A stretch of 63,347 nucleotides of DNA, filler included, from Octopus bimaculoides (GCF_001194135.2; 7 parts of 7 records of this genome joined end to end with filler, not necessarily neighbours in it); one strand, 5' to 3'; shown: positions 24,662-38,037, counted from the whole stretch's first letter. Program-made: numbers and translations. The notes: generated from the sequence alone by a model not told the origin.

Positions 24662-25572
24662 CGTTGGGGGGCATCTTTTCAATTATAATACTTGATTTGC
24701 TTTTTTTAAATTTTTTCTCAATTATAAATCTTCACGAAGACTTTTTTTTCGCAAATTAAGTCTTTCATTGCAGCCTTTATGTTTTGTTTTTTTATTTACT
24801 TTCTCAAACTGTCATCAGGTGTCAGTTAACTTGCTTTTCATATTCTCTAGACGATTGGTTTGTAATTGACATCCAATTGGTTTTCATTCACCTGTACTTT
24901 TCTTTCTTAATTTCCATTCAAGTAGATTTTCATAAACACAGCAGTCTGTCCATGTGTAGTGTTCTGCTGCAACATCTGCTGTTTATCTGTCTCTCACTAC
25001 TTGTTTATCTGGCCCTCTTTTCATTTAATCGCCTTAACTTCTTCACTCTTATATACCCTCACATCCATTACTTTCTCTCTCCTAACTCTAATTAATCATA
25101 TCGGAATACACAAAACTGTATACACCTACGTTCTATGCGCGCTGCTGGAAGCTTCTATTTCTTTATTTAGTTTTCTGCCAATTTTCGTACATTCACAAAT
25201 GTGTACAGACAAAATAGCCATGCATGCTCATATGTATAAATACAAACATAAACACAGTCATACACACACATAAATAACTACATACGTACATGCATACTTA
25301 TATATAAAGGTAGTGTAGACTCGGGTGAAATTCCTTTCTCCCATCTATTATATATACGTGCATTCGAACGTATCAGGGAACAGCAAGCCTTTGGACGCTA
25401 TTTGGATCCCGTTGTGCTCACTACTCTGATTGGTTGTATTGGAGCAATTTGTCTCTTATTCGATTGTGCCAACTTGTCGTGTATAACCAGTCGGAGGCTC
25501 TAAATAGGATCACGTGGGACAGCCTGTTCACTACCCTGATTGAGCCTACAGTTTCTTATAAAAACTCAGCTT

Positions 25573-26200
25573 TTCCTTGTTCCGAGGTCTTTGGTTCCAG
25601 ACCTTTTTGGGGGAGGGGACCAGTCGATTAGATCGATCTCAGTACGCAACTGCTACTTAATTTATTGACAACGAAAGCATGAAAAGCAAAGTCGATCTCG
25701 GCGGAATTTGAACGTAAAGACAGACGAAATACCGCTAAGCGTTTCGCCTTCCTGAAGTAAGCTGGCCAGTTAGTATCATGATAGGCAAGTTGCTTAGCAG
25801 CATTTTGTCCCTCTTTATTTTTTGAGTTTAAATTTCGCGGATTTAGACTGTACCTTTCATCTTTTGGGATCGAAAAAATAGGTACCAGTTAAGTACTGGG
25901 GTCGATGTTATTAAGTCCCGCCTATCCTTAAAAACTGCTGACCCTGTGGCAAAATTTGAATCCATTATTACAGGTTGATCTAAGGCAGAGAACTGGTAGA
26001 AAAGTTAGCACCTTAGACAAGAAACTTAGCAGCATTTGTCGTCTTAACATTCTGAGTTCAAATTCTTCCGAGGTCGTTTTGCCTTTCGTACTTTCTGAGC
26101 CTATATATTAAGAGCAGAGCCCGTCGAGTACTGGGATGATGTAATCTGTTAGTCCCCTCCCAGAAAAGTTTAGGGCTTGTTTTTATTGTAGAAAGGATTA
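25573..26200. mobile_element. Cluster of three family A SINEs (25573-25750 minus, 25757-25968 plus, 25978-26200 plus)
   Basis: Shared cores in opposite orientations, head to head at about 25750. Confidence 0.85.
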
Positions 26201-26951
26201 TTACTGGAGGAAGAATGTATGGATATTAACCCGCCAAGATAAAGATATACGTCAAAATAGTTTCTTGAAGAATGAGCATAGCGTCATAATTCCCAAGCAA
26301 TAAAATGGCGTATTTGCTTAGTGCTAGAGCAGTCCTGATGCAGATGTATCATCCAAGGTAGTACTACCGGGAAAATCATGAATGTATAGAGAGCACAAGA
26401 CCATATTGTCAAATGCGTTCATTTCTTACAATGCGGTGTGTAATTTGAGGAAGGTTTTGCTGATGTTTCTAGCAGACCAAGCGACCACTCAGAGGCTTCT
26501 TCGTTGTCTTTTTAGGTTATCTCATATCAAAATAAAACTGCGAGATTTTCTTAAAATTTAACGAATAAATGAGTGCGCAAACGATGCTGCAAAATGGCTC
26601 ACTAGGCACCATGCAACAAGACGTCTTTATGTTAATAACTAAGCAAAATTGTTCTTGAGCAGGTGGTAATACCAAATTAATAATGTACATTTTTACCTGT
26701 AATCATTACCGCATTTAGTTATATTATTTCGTGTTTAATTTCTTCTTGAAAAAAGATTGTTTTCAGAAAACGAAAAATCATTTTATTGGTATTCTCAAAA
26801 TTTAATCTGTATGTGTATTCTTAAAAATATAATAATTTTTTTTTCCAAATTTCCATATGGATTGCTTTACTGTTGATTTTTATCTAAAAATCTAATAATA
26901 GAAATTTGTTTCTTTGCGAGAAATGAAATTCTGCTTTATACGAAGATTTTA

Positions 26952-27018
<67 letters not shown>

Positions 27019-27069
27019 CTGAATAAGGAGCCTCTACATATATCGATGCATACTGCTTTGCAGATTTGA

Positions 27070-27790
27070 TGCTCTCTCACAAACTTTCAATGTCGTCTAA
27101 ACACCTGTACTTCCACACTTTCTCTTCCACAACTATTAATCTCTCTCTTTCTTTCTCTGATTCTCTGATTCTCCCTCTTTTCCTCTGTCTCACTCTCTCC
27201 TTCTTTCACTTTCTCTCTCTCTCACACACTTTTTCTGGTCTTATCTATCTCTCCCTCCCACTATCCTTTCCTCTCTGCCACTACCCCTCACTAAATCATT
27301 CTTCCACTCCATTACTTGACCTCTTATCTCTTTCTACTTATCTCTCCCTCCCACTCTCCCTCCCTATCTCTTCCATCTCCATTCTTCCCTCCCCCTATCC
27401 TCTTCTCACTCATGAACTCACTTACTCCCCCCCCTTCCATTACCTCACCTCTTATTTCCTTCAATCAAAATTCTCTTATATCCTTCATTCCCTGTGGTTT
27501 TTCTTTCCATTTTCCTTTGTTCGATTTTCTTGTCATTCCTTGTCTTTCTTCCCCAATCTCTATCGACCACGACCGCTATTTCTATCTTCCTCTTTCGTAT
27601 TCCATCCTTCTATTCCACTCTCTCTCTCCCTTTCTCTCTCTCTCTCTCCATTTATTTCCTTCTCTCATATGTTCCTTCTGATGTTCCGTACGCTCCGTAT
27701 GCATCTTTCTCCTACTCCGATCAGCTTCTTTCTGCGTATTCTCTCTCACTCACGCTCTTTCTTTCTCTCTGTGCATTCTCCATTCTTTTT
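27070..27790 (+). repeat. Degenerate CT-rich polypyrimidine tract
   Basis: Strongly C/T-biased plus strand; the overlapping Leu/Ser-rich ORFs are compositional artefacts. Confidence 0.85.
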
Positions 27791-28159
27791 TCTCAATATG
27801 CAAATTTTTACACACACAAAAACACGAGAGACACAATGTCTGCATTAAAGCTAGAACATTCCACCTCTCAAAGTCTCATAGAGACATACGTATAGAAAAC
27901 AAATTCTAAAGTAATTTATCGGCAAAAAAGGGATTATATAGCGCGTGAAAATCCTAGCCAGACATTGATTAATTACACACACCAATGAATCTATCTTCTC
28001 TTCTTGAATTTATTTTTTTATTCTCTAATGCATCTTTTTTTTTTTTTGTTTCAATAACTTTCCCTCCTGTGAATCGATCTTTTCCTTTCCTCTTTCATTC
28101 TACACAATCACCACTACATCACTCTTTCAATTTTCTCTTTTTCATTATTTTCTTTTCAT

Positions 28160-28252
28160 GTCTTCTTCTTCTTCTTCTTCTTCTTCTTCTTCTTCTTCTT
28201 CTTCTTCTTCTTCTTCTTCTTCTTCTTCTTCTTCTTCTTCTTCTTCTTCTTC

Positions 28253-28295
<43 letters not shown>

Positions 28296-28296
28296 G
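28160..28296 (+). repeat. Compound (TCT)n(TTA)n microsatellite
   Basis: Direct runs. Confidence 0.95.
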
Positions 28297-28755
28297 AATT
28301 TCCATCTCTCTTTTCTTTCTTTAGACGTCCTACATCTCTCTTTTATATATTTTNNNNNNNNNNNNNNNNNNNNNNNNNNNNNNNNNNNNNNNNNNNNNNN
28401 NNNNNNNNNNNNNNNNNNNNNNNNNNNNNNNNNNNNNNNNNNNNNNNNNNNNNNNNNNNNNNNNNNNNNNNNNNNNNNNNNNNNNNNNNNNNNNNNNNNN
28501 NNNNNNNNNNNNNNNNNNNNNNNNNNNNNNNNNNNNNNNNNNNNNNNNNNNNNNNNNNNNNNNNNNNNNNNNNNNNNNNNNNNNNNNNNNNNNNNNNNNN
28601 NNNNNNNNNNNNNNNNNNNNNNNNNNNNNNNNNNNNNNNNNNNNNNNNNNNNNNNNNNNNNNNNNNNNNNNNNNNNNNNNNNNNNNNNNNNNNNNNNNNN
28701 NNNNNNNNNNNNNNNNNNNNNNNNNNNNNNNNNATATATATATATATATATATAA

Positions 28756-28810
<55 letters not shown>

Positions 28811-29261
28811 GAAAAAAATATATATATATAAAACACGCACGCACAAACATATATATACTGTATGCATATGCATATCGCGACATACAGATAAATAGATAGC
28901 TAGACAGAGATTATGCATACTCAAGCATCGAATGATGCCAAGCTTCGCTGGAGAAAGTAGTAATTATCATGGCCATAGAAACACCATAATGCTTTCAGGG
29001 ACAAAGAAACGACCAGATATAGCAATGTATTGGATCCAGTTCTTACAAGCGTCGTTAGAATAGAATCTACATTTGTTCCAATTCCTATTTTTGTCATTCC
29101 ATATTTTCAACTCGTTACAACTTTACTTATCAAACTTGTCCATAAATCCCTGTCACAAGAATGATTTTTAAAAAAACGTTTAAATAGCATCTAACAATAA
29201 AATGTCCCTCTCTATTAGAGACATGTTTCTAGTATATATTAGTTTACAAATATGTATTATA

Positions 29262-29600
29262 TAGGCACAAGCATGGTAAGAAGCTTGATTCCCAATAACA
29301 TGGTTCCGGGTTCAGTCCCGCTGTGTGTCACATTGAGTAAAATCTTCTACTGTAGCCTTCAGCCGAACAAGGTCATGTGAGTGAATTTGGCAGACAGACA
29401 CTGAAAGAATCACGTCGTGCATATATATGCATATATATATATATATGTTTGTGTGTGTGTTTGTCCCCATCATCGCTTGGCAACCGATAAAATAAGTACT
29501 AGGCTTACAAAGAATAAGTCCCAGGGCCGATTTGTTCTATTAAATGCGGCGTTCCAGAATGGCCGCAGTCAAATGTCTGAAACAAGTAAAAGAATAAAAG
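29262..29600 (+). mobile_element. Family B SINE
   Basis: catggttccgggttcagtccc head; aataagtcccagggccgattt and ggccgcagtcaaatg tail. Confidence 0.88.
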
Positions 29601-30027
29601 TATATATATATATATATATATATATATNNNNNNNNNNNNNNNNNNNNNNNNNNNNNNNNNNNNNNNNNNNNNNNNNNNNNNNNNNNNNNNNNNNNNNNNN
29701 NNNNNNNNNNNNNNNNNNNNNNNNNNNNNNNNNNNNNNNNNNNNNNNNNNNNNNNNNNNNNNNNNNNNNNNNNNNNNNNNNNNNNNNNNNNNNNNNNNNN
29801 NNNNNNNNNNNNNNNNNNNNNNNNNNNNNNNNNNNNNNNNNNNNNNNNNNNNNNNNNNNNNNNNNNNNNNNNNNNNNNNNNNNNNNNNNNNNNNNNNNNN
29901 NNNNNNNNNNNNNNNNNNNNNNNNNNNNNNNNNNNNNNNNNNNNNNNNNNNNNNNNNNNNNNNNNNNNNNNNNNNNNNNNNNNNNNNNNNNNNNNNNNNN
30001 NNNNNNNNNNNNNNNNNNNNNNNNNNN

Positions 30028-30370
30028 CTAGCATGGGTTGGACGACTTGACTCAGGACTGGTGAAACCGGATGGCAACACCAGGCTCCAATCTAAATTTG
30101 GCAGAGTTTTTACAGCTGGATGCCCTTCCTAATGCCAACCACTCAGAGAGTGTAGTAGGTGCTTTTACGTGTCACCTGCATAAAGGCCAGTCAGGCGATA
30201 CTGGCAACGGCCACGCTCGAAATGGTGTCTTTTATGTGCCACCCGTACAAGCCAGTCCAGGGGCACTGGCAACGATCTCGCTCGAAAATCCTACGGAAGC
30301 CAGTCAGGCGGTACTGGCAACGGCCACGCTCAAAATGGTGCATCTTATGTGCCACCCGCACAAGAGCTAA
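30028..30370 (-). mobile_element. RTE-LINE 3'-UTR-type repeat with an internal duplication
   Basis: cagctggatgcccttcctaatgccaaccac shared with 48950-49160, 57175-57340 and 58570-58760. The unit gccagtcaggcg(a/g)tactggcaacggccacgctc is duplicated (30187, 30300). Confidence 0.8.
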
Positions 30371-30985
30371 TTTGATGGGAGCTTTCAACTCACAATATTA
30401 CACGAGTGATCCTACCTGAAATAGGTTTACTACGCAGAACGCTGCCCTGAGATGTTTTTCCCCTCAGGCACATCGCAATCCATTAAAGTGGCTTGTCATT
30501 ATCCCATCGTCATTCGGTACGCTGAGCAGCAGCGTCGACTCTGGAAGGATTCCAAATCGGAGCGTTAATCTACGTTAAACAAAAAAAATTCATAAAAACA
30601 AATATTCCAGCGAAGTTTTGTACACCTCACTACCGATTATACTATTCACTATTCGAAGTTTTTTCCCCGTTTCTCAAGAATATCATTTTGAATCGAAAAC
30701 AGATATTCTTTCCATTTTTTCTTTTCTACTTTTTCGGACTGATTCTTTACGGCATATTTAACTCAGTTTACATGCTTGTCGTATTCAACATTTATTGTGC
30801 TTCTGAGTGCAATATTTTCTTCGCATTCTTCATAGATGCAGAGAGTGGAAAGGTTCCTAGATGTCGCTGTTGCATTTCAGTAGTTCTATACAATTCTACT
30901 CTATACTTTCACAAAGGTGATAAATGTTTATTTTCATAAAATCTGCTATAGTTAAGGAAATAATAAACCTGTAAGTCAAAATTAC

Positions 30986-31051
<66 letters not shown>

Positions 31052-31339
31052 CTTTACCTGTCTGCGGTTGCTATGTATCTGTCTATCTGTCTGTCAATCG
31101 AACGATCGATAGATGTCTGTATATGTACATAGCTATCATCCAAACAACGTACCATTTCAATTTTTCATTATCTCAAGCCGCTCTGTTCGTTATGATATGT
31201 GGTTTATGCCTGATCTGTATGACTGAGATATTTCTGAACATACGAGACTATTAGTAGCATATAAAAACATGTATGTTGTTTGTTCCTTCTTGAGCGATGT
31301 ATGGTTCATAAGGGCCGGTTTCGTGGTTCCATTGGCGTA

Positions 31340-31490
31340 TAGGTTCCCCACCGGGACGGGACGCTGGTCCATCACAGATGAGGAGGAAAGAGTGAGGGAA
31401 AGTTGTGGTAAAAGACCCAGCAGAGTTTTGCCATTCCCTTCTGCCGGAACCGGGTGGAGCTTAGGTGTTTCGCTCATAAACACACACATC
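31340..31490 (-). mobile_element. Fragment related to the family C SINE at 41105-41470
   Basis: ctgccggaaccgggtggagcttaggtgtttcgctcataaacac is close to 41341-41388. Confidence 0.7.
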
Positions 31491-31510
31491 ACCATGTCTG
31501 AGATTCAAAC

Positions 31511-31720
31511 TCTTCGAAACGCTTAGTTTAGAATAGGGGCAGCTGATGAATGAAACGTTCTCTATGTGGCCTGTTTGTTTTCTGTGCTCTGTTTATGTTC
31601 TGTTTTTCATTTTGTTCACTTTTTTGTGACGTCCTGTACCCAGATATGCATCTATATATACATGTAGATGTACGTATGTAAATACATGTATGTATATATG
31701 CATATTCTCACACATTATTT

Positions 31721-31725
<5 letters not shown>
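31511..31725 (+). mobile_element. Unclassified interspersed repeat family D (other copies 48063-48285 minus, 59055-59255 minus)
   Basis: Three homologous copies: ttcgaaacgc...agctgatgaa...ttctctatgtggcc...gtcctgtacccagatatgca...atatgcata(t/c)tc. Confidence 0.8.
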
Positions 31726-31778
<53 letters not shown>

Positions 31779-32868
31779 TATATATNNNNNNNNNNNNNNN
31801 NNNNNNNNNNNNNNNNNNNNNNNNNNNNNNNNNNNNNNNNNNNNNNNNNNNNNNNNNNNNNNNNNNNNNNNNNNNNNNNNNNNNNNNNNNNNNNNNNNNN
31901 NNNNNNNNNNNNNNNNNNNNNNNNNNNNNNNNNNNNNNNNNNNNNNNNNNNNNNNNNNNNNNNNNNNNNNNNNNNNNNNNNNNNNNNNNNNNNNNNNNNN
32001 NNNNNNNNNNNNNNNNNNNNNNNNNNNNNNNNNNNNNNNNNNNNNNNNNNNNNNNNNNNNNNNNNNNNNNNNNNNNNNNNNNNNNNNNNNNNNNNNNNNN
32101 NNNNNNNNNNNNNNNNNNNNNNNNNNNNNNNNNNNNNNNNNNNNNNNNNNNNNNNNNNNNNNNNNNNNNNNNNNNNNNNNNNNNNNNNNNNNNNNNNNNN
32201 NNNNNNNNNNNNNNNNNNNNNNNNNNNNNNNNNNNNNNNNNNNNNNNNNNNNNNNNNNNNNNNNNNNNNNNNNNNNNNNNNNNNNNNNNNNNNNNNNNNN
32301 NNNNNNNNNNNNNNNNNNNNNNNNNNNNNNNNNNNNNNNNNNNNNNNNNNNNNNNNNNNNNNNNNNNNNNNNNNNNNNNNNNNNNNNNNNNNNNNNNNNN
32401 NNNNNNNNNNNNNNNNNNNNNNNNNNNNNNNNNNNNNNNNNNNNNNNNNNNNNNNNNNNNNNNNNNNNNNNNNNNNNNNNNNNNNNNNNNNNNNNNNNNN
32501 NNNNNNNNNNNNNNNNNNNNNNNNNNNNNNNNNNNNNNNNNNNNNNNNNNNNNNNNNNNNNNNNNNNNNNNNNNNNNNNNNNNNNNNNNNNNNNNNNNNN
32601 NNNNNNNNNNNNNNNNNNNNNNNNNNNNNNNNNNNNNNNNNNNNNNNNNNNNNNNNNNNNNNNNNNNNNNNNNNNNNNNNNNNNNNNNNNNNNNNNNNNN
32701 NNNNNNNNNNNNNNNNNNNNNNNNNNNNNNNNNNNNNNNNNNNNNNNNNNNNNNNNNNNNNNNNNNNNNATATATATATATATATATATATACATATATA
32801 TTGTATATATATTATTACAAGCAATAATAAATCTCTGAGGGAGATGTAAACAGTAGTAGCAGGACATC

Positions 32869-33115
32869 GTGAAGTATATATGCCACCTAAATGTAGCTGA
32901 GCCATATGAGACTCGATGCTACTGTAATTTATAGCCCCAGGAAGACATCTGATCTAGCTGTCTAACGACACACTGTCTGTGCCCGATCAATATTTGCGAA
33001 GGGGAATCATCGTTCCCATCTCTACCCTGACGTGGAGATGTCTTCCTGGGGCTGTAAACTACAGTAGCTTCGTCCCATATAGGTCAGTCACATTTAGGTG
33101 GCATATATACTTCAC
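32869..33115. mobile_element. MITE/foldback with about 80-bp imperfect TIRs
   Basis: 32869-32950 (GTGAAGTATATATGCCACCTAAATGT...CCCCAGGAAGACATCT) is the reverse complement of 33036-33115. Confidence 0.88.
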
Positions 33116-33120
33116 TATAT

Positions 33121-34725
33121 ATATTATTTATTATGTCGAAAATGCTGAATGCTACGTATATTTATTATTTACTATTTTTTAATTGCAGATCAATTGCTGT
33201 ACGTCTGAATGTATACGTATTGTTAAGTGAGCCTGTCTTTGTTCATGTTTCTACATACACATGTGGATATTGCTGTAAGCCTGTGTATTGAAGTTTTATA
33301 AATATGTACATCCTTGTCAATGTCTTTTGTGTATTTGGGTTTCTGTCAGTGTAAGCATTATTATATGTCTATACGTACGCATACGTGGCTGTGGTTGTAT
33401 GTATAATCATTATTGTGTTCGTGTGTGTGCGTGATGGTAAGGGAAAATGATTGTTGTTAAAACGAAAAGTGCTTCATACTTAGTTACTAATGGAAATATA
33501 CGTTGTTAAATATATGTTTGTGTATTAACATTGAATAATAATTTTATATCTTGGGACATTTGCTTTTTCATCATATAAGCCCATGTATATTTAATCACAT
33601 ATATCAATACATAAACGTGTCTGATGATAACTCTTAATGTATGTTTATATGCAAGCACTTGAGTATTTTCAAATATCTCTTTGTACGCGTCTGCTGATGT
33701 TTAAGTTAAATCTTGAAAGAAGAAACAAGAAAAATATGAGTAGCTCAACATTTAAGACTTGTCTTACTAGTTTAGTCATATTCATAATTTTAGGTATCGT
33801 AAGATTGAACACTAAAAATCTGTCAGAGTGTTGCTTACATAGTTTGCGAAGGAGCGGATAACATCTGCTTACTCACTGAACAAAATATATTGATAATTAC
33901 AAAACTAAACATGCTATAATCTTGATGAACAAATTAGTTATTGAAATTCTGAAGATGACAGATACAAAATAATTGTAAAAATATATAACCTCAGCTTTAA
34001 GCGAAATGTTATTCATTCTCAGATCCTTTATGGTGTTGACAAAGATTATAAAACAGGCATCGGTAATATTTTCCGAAGAGCGGCTACGTGAGACATGGCT
34101 CATGAAACACAGCTGAAGCGGACAGCATTATCAAAATAATTCGTGGTAGTTTCTCGTTAACTGTGACATTCAGAAAGTTCTGCGGACAGCAAGCAGTTTG
34201 CGCATAACTGTTGTGAAGTTTATACTCTACAATAAACATTTCCGAATTGCAGCCTGCTGGGAGTTTTTTGAAAGAAACCCCCTGTAACAATCAGAAACTC
34301 AAAAGCAGTCCAAATATAAGAAAAACTTCAGTATACACTTTTCAGACTTTTCGTATTTCTAACACTTTCTAACACTTTCAATCCTCTATGAGGATTGTTT
34401 GATTAAGAAGATTAATGTTTAGTGTATGATTCATTAGATAAGCACTTGTCCTATAGATTGAACTATACGTTATTGTACTTTTATTTCAATCAGTAGAGTG
34501 CATCTTCAACAATCTAGTTTTTCAGCTATAGTAACTAGAGGGTCAATAAAGTAAAATGGATAACATCTCTAGATAGAGACAATCTTGATTAACATTTGAT
34601 TATATATATAGATATATATCATTACCTGGCCACAACCGTCATCGAACAACTTTGTTAGTATCTTTCAAGGTAGTGAATCTTTATTGAAACACCCCACACG
34701 ACTTAGAAATTGAAGCTATTAACCC
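33121..34725 (+). repeat. 1.6-kb local direct duplication, copy 1
   Basis: Collinear similarity with 36175-37816 throughout. Confidence 0.92.
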
Positions 34726-35182
34726 ATTTCGTGTATCGTTTCTTTTTTTTTTTTTTTGTAATTTGAATAGTACTTCTTTTCACATATATAAAAATGAAAT
34801 GCCAAGTAGAAAAAAAATAAAAACCCACGAATACGAACTTATTTGTCAACATAAGAAATATATATGCGTGTAAACATATGACTATGCGTGTGTTTGTTTA
34901 ACAAGTGCTTGTATATGTAGGTGTGGTATCGAAACGAATAATGTAGAAGCAATGAGCTGTGTCACTAGATCCTGATGAATAAATAAACAGCCTAAAATAC
35001 TGTTAGTTAGGTGTCTGTAGCTGTTCCGATTTAAGAATCACGTTGAGAGTACAGGAGTCTTCAAACTTCTCAACCACTTAGGTGCTAAATCAATGCGATG
35101 GTAGATCAGTTGATCGAATAATATGATCCTCATTGTCAAAGAAATGTCGGTTAAACATTTACGTGTGTGTGTGTTTGTATAC

Positions 35183-35245
<63 letters not shown>

Positions 35246-35246
<1 letters not shown>

Positions 35247-36120
35247 TGCGATCTTTTAACCCCAAAAGGCCATCTCTTCTAGCTGGTTAACGATGCACGA
35301 CTGCATACGATAGAATTTGCGAGCCGGGGAGCGAAACCCTACCAACTCCTAGCGACGAAACCAGTAGACCAGTCCTGGTTTCGGGTTATTTCTGCCACTC
35401 CTCAGTACTGGACACCTATTCTGCTACAGATGATAGTAGCTCGCATCTGCACGCAATATATATATTTTAAGCGAACACATAGTAGCTGATTTTGCAATAA
35501 ACAAAAATGCTAGTTCTAACAAGTATTATTCGTAGCCACTTTAACATGGCTGTCCGTTCGAGCAGACTCTTCTGCGATTTTTTAACCTCAAGAGGACATC
35601 TCATCTAGCTGGTTAACGATGCACAGCTGCATGCGATAAAATTGCAAGCAAGGGAGCGAACCCCTACCCTCTACTAGTGACGGGGCCAGTAGAGCAGTCC
35701 TGGTTTCGGGATATTTCTTCCGCTTCTCAGTACTGGATACCCTTTCTGCTAGAAATGAAAGCAGCTCAAAATATATATATTTTACCGACTGTATGTTCGC
35801 TTGAAATATATATATTGCATGCACAAGCGAGCTGCTATCATCTCTAGTAGAAAAGGTTTCTAGTACCGAGGAGTGGCACAAATAGCACGAAACCAGCACT
35901 AGTCTACTGGTCCCGTTGCTAGAGATGGTTGGGTTTCACTCCCCTGCTAGCATTTGTATCGGATGCATCTGTTAACCAGCTAGGGAAGATATCTTCTTGG
36001 GGTTAAAAATCGCATTAGAGTCCGCTTGAACGGACTGCCATGTTAAAGTGGCTACGAATATTACTTGTCAGTACAATTACTGCGTTGAACTGTCACAGAG
36101 ATTTCAGAACTAGCATTTTT
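35246..36120. mobile_element. Foldback element with a tandem-duplicated arm
   Basis: Arm A 35246-35480 and arm B 35572-35785 are direct copies. 35790-36120 is their reverse complement; outer ends AAAAATGCTAGTTCT (35503) and AGAACTAGCATTTTT (36120). Confidence 0.9.
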
Positions 36121-36174
36121 ACTTATATATGTATAATCATATATATTTATAATTAATTTAATAATTCGAATGAT

Positions 36175-37816
36175 ATTTATTATTCATTATGTCGAAAAAG
36201 CTGAAAGGTATGTACATTTATTATATTCTAATTGTAGATCAATTACTGTACATCTGAACGTATAAGTATTGTTACGTATGTCTGTCTTTGTTCATGTTTC
36301 TACACACGCCTGTGGATATAGCTGTAAGCCTGTGTATTGGAGTTTTATATATATGAACATTCTTGTCAATGTCCGTTGCGTATATGAGTTTCTCTTAGTG
36401 TAAGCATTAATGTAAGTGTATACGTACGCATGCGTGTCTGTGATTGTATGTATAATCATTATTGTGTTTTATGTGTATGCCTGTATATTTGTGTGAGCGC
36501 GCGCTTGTAGGGGAGAGTGATTGTTGTTAAAACGAAAAGTGCTTAATACTTAGTTACTAATGGAAATATACGTTGTCAAATATATGTTCACGTATTATCA
36601 TTGAACAATGATTTTATATCTAGGGACATTCGCTTTTTCATCATATAAGCCCATACATATTTAATCACACATATATCAATACATAAACGTGTCTGATAGT
36701 AATTCTTGATGTGTATTTATATGCAAGTACTTGAGTATTTTCAAATATTTCCTATACGCGTCAGCTTATGTTTAAGTTAAATTCGGAAAAAGAAACAAAA
36801 AAAATATGAGTTTGTCAACATTATAAGCGACGTTTTTAGGACTTGTGTTACTGGTTTAGTCATATTCATAATTTTATGTATCGTAAGATTGAAAACGAAA
36901 AATCTGTCAGAGTGTTGTTTATATAGTTTGCAAAGGAGCAGATAACATCTGATATCTGACTGAACAAAATATATTAATAATTACAAAACTAAACATGTTA
37001 TAATCTTGATGGACAAATTGGTTATTGAAAATTCTGAAGTTAAAAACGGATGACAGCTCCAAAATAATTGTAAAAATATGTAGCCTAATCTTCAAGCAAA
37101 ATGTTATTCATTCTCAGATGTTCTATGGTGTCGACGGAGGCATGGGTAATATTTCTCGAGACATGGCTCATGAAACACGGCTCATCAGACGCGGTTCATG
37201 TGACACGGCTCAGTAGGACCTCATTATTAAAGTAATTCAATATAGTTTGTTCATAAGTGTGACATTCAGAAAGTTCTGCGGACAGCGGTTTGCGCATGTT
37301 ATAAAGTATATCCTCGACAGTAGTCATGGGCAAACTGAAGCCTTCGGGAGATTTTTTGATGGAATCCGTTTGTAACAATCAGAAACCGAAAGGAAGACAG
37401 CCGAAATATGAAAACGTCTTAACATTATAGCTTTGAACCTTTTTGAATATCTAACTCTTTCAAAATGATGCAAAACGTACTTACTAGTATGTGGATTGTA
37501 TGATTAACAAAATTAATGTTTACTGTATGATTCATTAGATAAGCACTTGACCAATAGATTGCTCTATATGATATTGTACCTTTATTTCAGTCTGTAGCTA
37601 TGCAACAGCAGTTATCTAGTTATTCAGCTATAGTAACGAGAGTGTCAGTAAAACAAAATGGATAACCTCAGCAGATCGGGACAACGTTTGATAAACACTT
37701 GATTATATAAATAATAAATTATCAAAAACTGTCATCGAAAAATCTTTGATAGTATCTTTCAAGGTACTGAATCTTCATTCAAACGTCCCACCTGGTTTAG
37801 GAACTGGAGCCATTAA
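36175..37816 (+). repeat. 1.6-kb local direct duplication, copy 2
   Basis: Collinear with 33121-34725. Confidence 0.92.
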
Positions 37817-38037
37817 CACATTATTTATGTTACTCTGTCAAAATTAAAGCTTATTTATTCAGATTGTTTTGAATTAATCATGCATTATCTCGTAGCTTCG
37901 AGATTACGACGTACTGGTTGCTTATTATTAGGATGTTATTGTAAGGTAGGTGACAGAGGCCAGATCCAGCCAGCTGGAACATGAAATAAGGCAAGAATTT
38001 GAACCTGGTACGGCTGGATTAAATGCTAGAAGGTTAA
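37813..38037. mobile_element. Possible piggyBac-type MITE
   Basis: TTAA at both ends; the right end ...GCTAGAAGG-TTAA resembles piggyBac termini, but the left end is degenerate. Confidence 0.3.

Noticed and set aside
27066-27895. 260-aa Leu/Ser/Phe-rich ORF
   Set aside because: Stop codons are simply rare in a polypyrimidine tract.
37160-37195. Other CTGATGA occurrences (7550, 24815, 34975, 37183)
   Set aside because: No stem II plus GAAA plus NUH arrangement could be built.
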